NCBI RefSeq assembly: GCF_031769215.1
Contig: NW_026782857.1
Span: 62,001 to 126,000 of the forward strand
From: Ylistrum balloti
Lineage: Eukaryota
Length of the DNA: 64,000 bases
Direction of reading: 5' to 3'
The notes below the pieces were generated by a model that did not search any database, was not told the origin of the DNA, and saw nothing but the letters and a program-made list of their open reading frames with translations. Positions 1 to 12,100 of this stretch are shown here, piece after piece; the first letter of the stretch is position 1; each line of letters begins with the position of its first letter. Both the position numbers and the translations under genes were made by a program.

Positions 1-69
1 TGGAGCTCAGAATGGACTCAATGGTACATTTGAGTAAACAAATATGGGTTAACAAATTACAAAGGTTAC

Positions 70-174
70 CTTTTTCATTTCTACTTGGTTGAGTGCTGTG
101 CCAATCATAATAGACTTCCTACAAGATCGCGAAGCAAACATTTGCCGGACTCGAGATGGTCGACACATGACACC
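70..174 (-). CDS. PMS2: PMS2 exon 23
   Basis: [35 protein letters not shown] / gtaacc. Confidence 0.97.
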
Positions 175-3100
175 CTGGAACATAGTAACATTTTTACTTT
201 ATTTTCATATCACTGTCATCCCAATTCAAACGGGTTAATGCTGGACATAACTGACCAACTTAAGAGTACAATTTTCAACAACAGTACACACAAATGATCT
301 ACATTACTGAAACCTTAAGCTCATGAATGTTTCAGCAGAATAGTTCATTCTTGAAACTTAATTGTTTCCTTGTTAACTACAGATGAAATATACCCAGAGC
401 TTTAAGCTCAGTCTGATGAAGTAACTGTTTCCAAGTTAACAACAGATGAAATATACCCAAAGCTTTGAGTTAAGTCTGATGACGTATTTTAAAAAAGTTT
501 TGACACTATGCTACAGGAATAAGAACATGTGATTTTCCAACCCATTTTGTATACATGTATCATACTCACTGGAGAGTCTGAGAGCATGAAGATCATCTCC
601 TCAACATCTGCAACAAAATAGAAAATGTGAATACTCCGATCCCAACTGATAAGTATCAAGGTCTGACAAAGTTCTATAAATAGTTACTTATAAAGAGTAG
701 TCTTGACATCAGAACACAGAAAGACAAAGATTGTATGTGAACGACAGCCTTCATTACAACTTTAGAATCAGATACAGCAAAACAATGAACCACATCATAC
801 AGCTACTTCATCCCTCTAGGACTAGTCAAGTCATCCCTCTCTGACTCGCCAGTGATGCCAACGGCCCAAAGTTTGAAAACCTTGAGTCGACTGAGGAAAA
901 CAAGTGATCGAAAGAAATGCTGTGACCTAGATGAGGTGTTGGGTAATACCACCTATACCCATTGGATGGACATAGGTGGTGGGTCACACTATCTATATCA
1001 ATGGGACGGACATAGGTGGTGGGTCACACTATCTATATCAATGGGATGGACATAGGTGGTGGGTCACACTATCTATATCCATGGGATGGACATAGGTGGT
1101 GGGTAACACTATCTGTATCCATGGGATGGACATAGGTGGCGGATAACACTATCTATATCCATGGGATGGACATAGGTGGTGGGTAACACTATCTATATCA
1201 ATGGGATGGACATAGGTGGTGGGTAACACTATCTATATCCATGGGATGGACATAGGTGGTGGGTAACACTATCTATACCCATGGGATGGACATAGGTGGT
1301 GGGTAACACTATCTATACCCATGGGATGGACATAGGTGGTGGGTAACACTATCTATACCCATGGGATGGACATAGGTGGTGGGTAACACTATCTATACCC
1401 ATGGGACAGACATAGGTGGTGGGTAACACTATTTATATCCATGGGATGGACATGGGCGGTGGGTAACACTATCTATACCCATGGGACAGACATAGGTGGT
1501 GGGTAACACTATCTATACCCATGGGATGGACATAGGTGGTGGGTAACACTATCTATACCCATGGGACAGACATAGGTGGTGGGTAACACTATCTATACCC
1601 ATGGGATGGACATAGGTGGTGGGTAACACTATTTATATCCATGGGATGGACATAGGTGGTGGGTAACACTATCTATACCCATGGGACAGACATAGGTGGT
1701 GGGTAACACTATCTATACCCATGGGACAGACATAGGTGGTGGGTAACACTATCTATACCCATGGGACGGACATAGGTGGTGGGTAACACTATCTATACCC
1801 ATGGGACGGACATAGGTGGTGGGTAACACTATCTATACCCATGGGACGGACATAGGTGGTGGGTAACACTATCTATACCCATGGGACGGACATAGGTGGT
1901 GGGTAACACTATCTATACCCATGGGACGGACATAGGTGGCAGGTAACACTATTTATACTCATGGGACGGACATAGGTGGTGGGTAATACTATCTATACCC
2001 ATGGGACAGACATAGGTGGTGGGTAACACTATCTATACCCATGGGATGGACATAGGTGGTGGGTAACACTATCTATACCCATGGGATGGACATAGGTGGT
2101 GGGTAACACTATCTATACCCATGGGATGGACATAGGTGGTGGGTAACACTATATATACCAATGGGATGGACATAGGTTTTGGGTAACACTATCTATACCC
2201 ATGGAATGGACATAGGTGGTGGGTAATATTATCTGTACCCACCAATTGGCCATGCAGATGTCAGTTTTTTCATAGGTAGAGAAAAGTGGGTGAGGGGAGA
2301 ATAACAAGGACAGAGTGACATTGACCAAACAATTCTAAAACCCTTTATGATCCAAGACAAGATATTTTGATTCTTAATAATTGTGTTTAATGAGAATCTC
2401 TCAAGGAATGAAATTCCTAAAGTACTGACAGAAAAGCGGGTGGACGTAGGGACGGATGAACAGATGGAGAGAAAAACTATAGTCCCCCTACCCTAGTTTC
2501 CCAGATAAGGAATTAATTAGAGTATTTAATCATTTCACCTTCCTTTCCAAAGTTCCAGTTTTTGCTGAGGGGAGTTGATGTAAGTTTGACTCGTTGAGTA
2601 GGTGGGGCTGAAACACACAAAAAAAACCCTAAGAGTTTATAACAGTTTTTCAAAAAGTCACATTCAAAAAGAATAAAAGACAGTATTTAAAGAAAAACAG
2701 CAGACATCATCATCACTATCGCTTGCTAAGGAACAAGGTCACATTCAAAAAGAATAAAAGACAGCCTATTTCAATCCAGAATACCTCTGACATTTAGAGA
2801 TACAACGAGCAATGGTGTCTTAATTCTGTACAACAAACATATCAGTCATGGAAAAGTTGACTGTAAAGTAGCAATACCTCTCAGCCTTCATTGAACTGAT
2901 TTGTTAAAGCATGACAGGTAGGTCAAATTCAGCATCCGAAACTTACGTTCTGCCAATGACATCATGTATTTTTGGTTCTAGTAACACAATTATTCCAAGC
3001 ATGTAACCAAATCACAATGGCTCAAACATAACATGTTTTTTCTTTTTTACCTTAAACCTGGTGTTTTTGAAGTCTGTTAATATCAGACCTTATTACTTAA

Positions 3101-6100
3101 TTGTCTAATTACAATATCAACATCCTCACATAGGGACCAAAAATACAACTATCTTTTATACATGTACAATATTCTGACAGACTGGTGGTGTTAGCAGTTA
3201 TCCCTGTGAATCCATATTCTGTAGTCTAGTCATTAGAAACTGTTATAAAAATAGACATACCTTGTGCATCAATTAGAAATTCAAATCCATTCTGACGGAA
3301 AATGTCCAAGTTGTCAATCAGGACGGTTTCGTTGCTGGCTGTCAATTCTAGATTCATGGGTCTGAAGGAAAAAACATTGTACTTATGTAAAATCATCTAA
3401 TACAGGTGGAATAACATCCAAAAAGTCCAGAAAACACTTTAAGTGAATGTATGCAGAAAAAGAAACAAATAGAAAGTTATCTCCCTTGGTCGTTAGACAA
3501 AGCCTCAAGGAATCCATAGTTACAAAGTTTGTAGAAATGTAGTTTAGGTTTTGTAGGGTGTTGAGAGGGAGGAGCGAGTTGTTAGGGGATTGAGGAGCTG
3601 TGAGAGGGGGGTGTTGGGGGATTGGGAAGCTGTGAGAGGGAGAGGTGTGGGGGATGGGGAGCTGTGAGAGGGGGAGGTGTTGGGGGATGGGAGGTGAGGA
3701 GTTGGGGAAGAGTGAGGTGTCGGGAAGGGGGACGGGGAAGGGTTTTGGGAGGAATGTGGTGTTTGGGGCAGAAGGGGATGAGATAGGGTGAGGTGTTGGA
3801 AGGGGAGGGGGAGGTGTTTGAGAGGGGGAGGTGGATGGGTTGGGGTTCATGAAACATAAACTTACTGTATAAGTCTTTGACTCTGTAGAACTGTGTGTTT
3901 CTGTAGCTGTTCAAAATTATATTTCTCATCAGTGGCATGTTGATCAATTATGAATAAATCATCTCCATTCTTCGCGATGATGAAGCCGAGGTTGAACTGT
4001 GGAAGAGTGACAAACAACATGTCAGACAAATAAGTCCATATCTTATTCAAAGGGAAACTCCAAATTATGAATGAAAATGCTATATATTTACTATTTTTAC
4101 AAAAAACTTGGCGTATTTATTGACCACAGCAAATCTGGTCTTCTTCTGTGCTTGTCAGATGCAGTTACTGAGAATAAAACTCCTTGCTATAGAATCTGGT
4201 CATCACTTGGACACCATCTCATCTGTAGAAAGGCTGAAAGGTCATACAGCAGACGTTACACCTGTTAACGATATTTCAGTGAACTCTCTTCCATTATAAT
4301 TTGTAGAGTTATTTACCTTTGTCAACTCAATGATTGTAACATTCAAAATCATTATTCGTGGTACCTCTGGAGTTTGACCACTATCATCAGCATTTTCACC
4401 AAAACCCTCCCTACTCCCGCTTTTGAGGGAATATCCCTTGTTTTCAGTTTCTGCTATCTATTCTTTAAATTCCAAATTTCAGAATACAATCTTAACCACT
4501 ACACTTGTCCCACCTACTTGTGTACAGGCAATCTGATTGGCTGATCTATAGCTCATCTATATACAGACGATTTAATTGACTGATCTGTAATTAGTATGTG
4601 TAGATTTGAATATCTGATTTCCACTGTATCTTATACAATGGTGCTGTTCATTTGTGTGTCTTTTGTACAATCTTCCCGACTGGTGGTGGTAAATATTGTG
4701 GTTAGTTCCTGAGGTTTGCCATAACCTGCTTGCCACATTTTAATTCATTCAAATTTATCTTTTAGTTTTATCATTTTGGCTCTTAGTATCCTAAAAGGAT
4801 GAAACAGCTGTATGACATAACATCACTGACAAGTCCTAGAAGGATGAAACAGCTGTATGATGTCACATCACTGACGTGTCCTAGAAGGACGAAACAGCTG
4901 TATGATGTAGTATTACTGACAAGTCCTAGAAGGATGAAACAGCTGTATGATGTAACATCACTGACGTGTCCTAGAAGGACGAAACAGCTGTATGATGTAA
5001 CATCACTGACGATTCCTAGAAGGACGAAACAGCTGTATGATGTAACATCACTGACGAGTCCTAGAAGGACGAAACAGCTGTATGCTGTAACATCACTGAC
5101 AAGTCCTAGAAGGACGAAACAGCTGTATGATGTAACATCACTGACAAGTCCTAGAAGGACGAAACAGCTGTATGACACAGTTTAGTTCATGATATGATAA
5201 TCTCAGGTTTCTTTCTCTTTTAAAAAAAAAAACAAGATGCAAAACACTGCAATTCAATTGTTAAAATAAAAGAATGATACACAGGATGAGTTTGGAACAA
5301 TGACATGTCTGTACATCCTGTGATTATAAACCATTGACAGTGTTACTGGCAGTCAAAGCTGCCAGTTGTAGCTTCAAAGAATTATGAATACGTATAATAA
5401 AAAAAAATCAAGGAATAAAGAAATTGTATATAATTACTTATATAAAGAGGTTTATTGGTTGGTGTAAATGTTTTATGTTTCATGTTCATGTTTTATTTCA
5501 AATTCAAGAAAATGACATGAAAAATATTGTTTCACACTATTGTTTTAGCAGGTCATGACCTGATATTTCACTCTGAGAGGTTGGCAATACTGTATATCTC
5601 ACTCGTGTATGGGTGATTTGATTGGCTTATATATCACTCACCTGACCCAAGATCTCCATCTTCTCGAATGTATCTTTTCTGAAATTAGTAGCAAACATAA
5701 GTAAAACGTAAGTATTTCAGGAGTAAACAGAAATAACAATAATAATAATTCACAACACATGTATGTTTTGTAATAATTTGAATGTGCAATCATGTTGTCA
5801 AAAATATTTAGAATATTAACCATCTCTTCATCGTAGCGAGATCCTGCCTCAACATAGGGTGATTTGAATAGCCTACCATCTGATGAATGTTGGCTAATGT
5901 AATGATACGATTTGTCATTATACTTTCCTGATTTCCCTATTAAACTACATCATTTCCTTTTACACTTTCATCATTTCCAAACAGACTCACTTGATCTCTT
6001 GTTAGACTTGCATGATTTCCAATTTGACTAACTTGATTTCCCATTAAACTTACATGATTTCCCATTAGACCTACATGATTTCCCATTAAACTTACATGAT

Positions 6101-9100
6101 TTCCCATTAAACTTACGTTATCTCCCTTTGCAGCTCTTCTTCAGCAGACTTGTTATCTGTTGGAACGATGCTTGCCCGAAATGTTCGATAAAATTCTTGT
6201 TCCTCAGAATTTTCTGTTTTAAGAAAAAATATTTCTTGTTTTGACTAATCTTAAAAAGATATACCTGGTATATACACCTTCCTGTTCAGAGGATACCTGA
6301 CAAACAACATGGAACAAAATGTTGAAGATGGTGGCAAAAGCATCCATCTGGAATACAGCAAAGTTCGAGTTTTGGTTTTGACTATATATGTGAACCACAC
6401 ACTAAATATTTTAATAATTTTAAATTACATAATAGTTTGAGAATAGCACACTGCCATCTATAAATCCCTTCATTTTTTTCTGACAAAATGTATTGTAAAA
6501 CTTTCTTAAAACATGACTACTGACAACTTCTGATGTTTTCATAATTGTCCAGAAAGGGTAGTTGAGTTTTAGAAAGATAGAAATCCTCCAATAAGGTAGG
6601 TGTGTTATAGAAATCCACCAATAAGGTAGGTATGTTATAGAAATCCTCCAATAAGGTAGGTGTGTTATAGAAATCCACCAATAAGGTAAGTGTGTTATAG
6701 AAATCCTCCAATAAGGTAAGTGTGTTATAGAAAGATAGAAATCCTCCAATAAGGTAGGTGTGTTATAGAAATCCCCCAATAAGGTAGGTGTTTTATAGAA
6801 ATCCTCCAATAAGGTAGGTGTGTTATAGAAATCCTCCAATAAGGTAAGTGTGTTATAGAAATCCTCCAATAAGGTAGGTGTGTTATAGAAATCCTCCAAT
6901 AAGGTAGGTGTGTTATAGAAATCCTCCAATAAGGTAGGTGTGTTATAGAAAGATAGAAATCCTCCAATAAGGTAGGTGTGTTATAGAAATCCTCCAATAA
7001 GGTAGGTGTGTTATAGAAATCCTCCAATAAGGTAAGTGTGTTATAGAAAGATAGAAATCCTCCAATAAGGTAGGTGTGTTATAGAAATCCTCCAATAAGG
7101 TAGGTGTGTTATAGAAATCCTCCAATAAGGTAGGTGTGTTATAGAAATCCACCAATAAGGTAAGTGTGTTATAGAAATCCTCCAATAAGGTAGGTGTGTT
7201 ATAGAAAGATCGAAATCCTCCAATAAGGTAAGTGTGTTATAGAAAGATAGAAATCCACCAATAAGGTAAGTGTGTTATAGAAATCCTCCAATAAGGTAGG
7301 TGTGTTATAGAAATCCTCCAATAAGGTAGGTGTGTTATAGAAATCCTCCAATAAGGTAGGTGTGCTATAGAAAGATAGAAATCCAGCAATCTTGTGACAT
7401 GTTTACATCAGTTTTTTTCCTGGTATACATTTCCAGCAATTCTTGTTTTATTTACCTTTGCCCACAACAACAATGTAAACTTACTTTTTCCCGTCATTTT
7501 CTTTCTTGCCGAGGCTTTCGTCTTCAGACTTAACATACTAAATTGTGTGATTTTCTCTGACTTGACCTTGGGTTCCTCCTAAAGCAGATTATATGTTACA
7601 AAGTTAATGACTTCATGAGATGATTCAATACTGTCTGGATCCAAAAATAAAATAAATGATATCACTGTACAGACACTTGATTCTTAGATAGAGTTGAAGC
7701 GTTAAGGATGATAGGGGATGTTAACTCAGATTTAGATGTTGTAGGTACAGCACTTAATGATAAATACTTGGTACAGAATTTAGTAACCTCTACATCAGTC
7801 TCAAAACATAATAATTTGTTATAGATAAAGATACTGTTTATAACTTCATCAAGTTTATCAATATGTTTCCAGCATTTATCCAGTTCATGTACAACAAAGC
7901 TTCGTTAAGCTGATGCACTGGGTGACTTTTATCAGACAAATGCCTAGTAATTCATAAGTAAAATATGATGTTATGTTTACAGGCTATACAACCTAGCGTC
8001 GTTACAGGCTATACAACCTGGCGTCGTTACAGGCTATACAACCTGGCGTCGTTACAGGCTATACAATCTAGTGTCGTTACAGGCTATACAATCTAGTGTC
8101 GTTACAGGCTATACCATCTAGTGTCGTTACAGGCTTTACAATCTAGTTTCGTCACAGGCTATACAATCTAGTGACGTCACAGGCTATACAATCTAGTGTC
8201 GTCACAGGCTATACAACCTAGTGTCGTTACGGGCTATACAACCTAGTGTCGTTACGGGCTATACAATCTAGTGTCGTTACGGGCTATACAATCTAGTGTT
8301 GTTACGGGCTATACAATCTAGTGTCGTTACGGGGCTATACAATCTAGTGTCATTACGGGCTATACAATCTAGTGTAGTTACGGTCTATACAATCTAGTGT
8401 CGTTACGGGCTATACAATCTAGTGGTGTTACGGGCTATACAATCTAGTGTCGTTACGGGCTATACAATCTAGTGTTGTTATGGGCTATACAATCTAGTTA
8501 CAGGCTATACAATCTAGTGTCGTTACGGGCTATACAATCTAGTGTTGTTACGGGCTATACAATCTAGTGTTGTTAAGGGCTAGTTACGGGCTATACAATC
8601 TAGTGTTGTTACGGGCTATACAATCTAGTGTTGTTATGGGCTATACAATCTAGTGTCATTACGGGCTATACAATCTAGTGTCGTTACGGGCTATACAATC
8701 TAGTGTCGTTACGGGCTATACAATCTAGTGTCGTTACGGGCTATATAATCTAGTGCTGTTACAGGCTATACAATCTAGTTTTGTCTTGCCTATACTTAGA
8801 CAAATGGTAGTGAGATCCTGAAATGATCTTGTTACCACTGACCTTCAAATGTCAAGTATTAAAGGTTGGGGAAGCAGGAATAATACTATCTAGTGGTGGA
8901 AAATTCATATTGGGAAGAGTTGCACATGTCCTTGACGTGGTCAACAAGGTAAAATGAAATCACCTTTAAATCTACACATGAAATTAAAGAATCAGAACTT
9001 TTGAAAATAAACTTACTGATTCTGTTGTCACCTCACACTCGTCTTTTTCCTGTATCCTTTCTTCATTCTCTCCATCGGATGGATTCAGATCTTCTCTGTT

Positions 9101-12100
9101 TGTGATGTCAGACATAAGTCCTTCATTTATGGATGATGATGATGGAAAATGACAGTCATCAGAAGAACAAGACTTTGTATATCCCTGTGACTTCGAAACA
9201 GAATTTTTTAGAAGAAACTGAGATTTCTCCGCTTTAAAGTTGCTTAGTTTTGATACAGACTTAAACAGAAGTTTTGCTTCATCATCATGTCTTGATTTGT
9301 CACTAAAAGAAAACTCAGATTTGTTTAAGTTATTGTCAGATGAGCAGATTCCATCCTTTGGAGAAGATTCATCATGGGAAGTAGGACTTGTGGTCACATC
9401 ATCACCAAGATCTTTGGATACAGATGGAAGCTGTTCACATTTTGATAAAGGACTATTCAATTTATTAGAATTTGATGAGTTCACAGTTTCCTGACTATCA
9501 AAACCTGAAGTCAGAGAATCTTGTGAATTTAACAGGAAAGTGTCCTGTGAACTTTGACCCTGTGAACTCAATGTTACTGAATCTTGTTGAAATTTTGCCC
9601 TTTGACCTGGTGAACCTAACATTACTGTATCTTGTTGAACTTCTGCTCTCTTTGTCATTGTTTCCTTTGAACTCTGACTTAGTGAACCAACGATCATTGT
9701 ATCCTTGGGGGAGCTGATCCCCGATTCACATCGCGTTGGTGAGACAGGTTTAGACATCATTTCCACACTAAGAACAACAACCTCCTCCGATGGGGCCATG
9801 GTCTTTGTGGGGTCAAGGTCAGGTTCACAATCAGATAATGAAACCGTCTTCTTGGTGACAAAGGTGTCAAGTTTCCTCTCTGTTAAAAAGAAATTCATTT
9901 AAAACAGACATGTTATGAAGATTAAGCCAAGGTAATTTTTAATTCTTTTAATAAAACAGGTTATTTATTTGACTTCCATCTTTTACCTTCAATCATGAAA
10001 GCGATTCGCGTGTGAATACTATTCAACAAGTATCTATACTGCTGAGCTGGGTCTCATACCCTTTGATACCAAAGTACATGTTAATTTTTTACAAATACAG
10101 CAAGAACTTCCTGTCTAGCAATAAATATACCAAACAGCACAATAAAGAATTAGGAATATGTGTAGTAAAGACATGGGTTCTCCTTGGCCCAAAAAACCTA
10201 ACTTATATCAAATACATGGATCCTACCTGGAGCCTGAGGCCTAACTCATATTAAACACATGGGTTCCACTTGGTGTGTGAGGCCTATTTGATATATACTA
10301 AACACATGGGTCCACTTGGTGTGTGAGGCCTATTTGATATATACTAAACACATGGGTCCACTTGGTGTGTGAGGCCTATTTGATATATACTAAACACATG
10401 GTCCCACTTGGTGTGTGAGGCCTATTTGATATATACTTAACACATGGGTCCCACTTGGTGTGTGAGGCCTATTTGATATATACTAAACACATGGGTCCAC
10501 TTGGTGTGTGAGGCCTATTTGATATATACTAAACACATGGGTCCCACCTGGTGTGTGAGGCCTATTTGATATATACCAAACACATGGGTCCCACCTGGTG
10601 TGTGAGGCCTATTTGATATATACTAACACATGATATATATATTTATGGGTCCCACCTGGTGTGTGAGATATATACTAAACACATGGTCCCACCTGGTGTG
10701 TGAGGCCTATTTGATATATACTAAACACATGGGTCCCACCTGGTGTGTGAGGCCTATTTGATATATACTAAAGACATGGGCTCTACTTGGTGTGTGAGGC
10801 CTATTTGATATATACTAAACACATGGGTCCTACTTGGTGTGTGAGGCCTATTTGATATATACTAAACACATGGGTCCTACTTGGTGTGTGAGGCCTATTT
10901 GATATATACTAAACACATGGGTCCCACCTGGTGTGTGAGGCCTATTTGATATATACCAAACACATGGGTCCCACCTGGTGTGTGAGGCCTATTTGATATA
11001 TACTAAACACAGGAGGAATAGGATTTTACAGAATTTGCATTATTTTTCCTCTATTGGGCCCCTCCCCTTCAAGCGAAGAATGCCCAGACCCATCATTTAC
11101 AAACAATTTGTTCCCCTTCCCAAAAGGATGCTTAGACCAAATTTAGTCAAATCTGCTCAGTCAAGTGGGTCAAGGTCATTCATTTGAACAAATTTGATAT
11201 CTTTTATCCCCGAATGCTACGTCAGGCCCATATTAGCATCTTGACTTTTTCGTTATTGAAAAGATGGCTCACAACTAAGGATGAAACAGTCAATGGCTAT
11301 AAAAATTTGATGGAAGGACAGATGGACGGGCAACACCAAGGTAGGGTGACATAAGATCAGTACTTTAGGTCAGGTGAGCTAGCCAGCAGTGGAATGTTGA
11401 TGTTAGTATCAGTAAGGGGGTAGAGCGGAAAGAGGGTGGTTGGAGGGAGATGAGGTAAATTGTACTGTAATCAGTATATTATAGAAATTTAACTAGGGTC
11501 ACTTTCGCTTAAGTGGTTGAAACAGTAGGACCGGTTGGACTTGCAAGAAAAACGCCATGGTCAGATCATAAACGAGGTTGAACTGTGGAATATTTGGCAT
11601 GTGCAGATAGAAACTAAATTGCTGAATATCATTAGTTTTCAGAATTTCAGCATAAAGTAGGGTCTGTACACACAGACATTTCTGGAGGGATTGTGCTATT
11701 AAGTAGGAGTGAAATGGATGGTTTACTTTTGTTAATTGTTGACAGGAAATTCTGAAACTGTGCATTTTGAGCTTTATATATAACAGGTTCAACTTCTGGA
11801 ACATGTGTGTTTGTGTAAAGTGGAATAATTCCAGACCACCTGAACTGTTTCAATCAGGTTTACACGAAAGCAACCTTTATCACTTGTGATGATCACTATA
11901 GAGTTGATTTTACTTCCAGCCTAAACTTACGTTTGGATTTTTGTTCTTTTTTCGAAGCATCTTCACAGGCTGAAAACACACTAGCATAAGATCTCTTCAG
12001 CTTACTTAGAGAGCTTATTGTCTGTGGAATAAAAAAAAAACATGTTTTTTATTTTCACAATCTGACTAATGTACCATAAATAATATTCATAAAATGGTGT

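Noticed and set aside
941-2241. Regular 21-65-nt arrays as CRISPR arrays
   Set aside because: Units are head-to-tail with no unique spacers, no cas genes are present, and the context is spliced eukaryotic genes.
3383-3850. Pro-rich ORF of 155 aa
   Set aside because: It is the reverse complement of the G-rich repeat.
4783-7223. ORFs 4783-5185 and 6420-7223
   Set aside because: They are translations of 45-nt and 30-nt intronic minisatellites with no fitting splice sites.
7670-7900. Open minus-strand frame of about 78 codons ([12 protein letters not shown]...) in PMS2 intron 15
   Set aside because: No convincing in-phase acceptor/donor pair, and exons 15 and 16 already join in phase.
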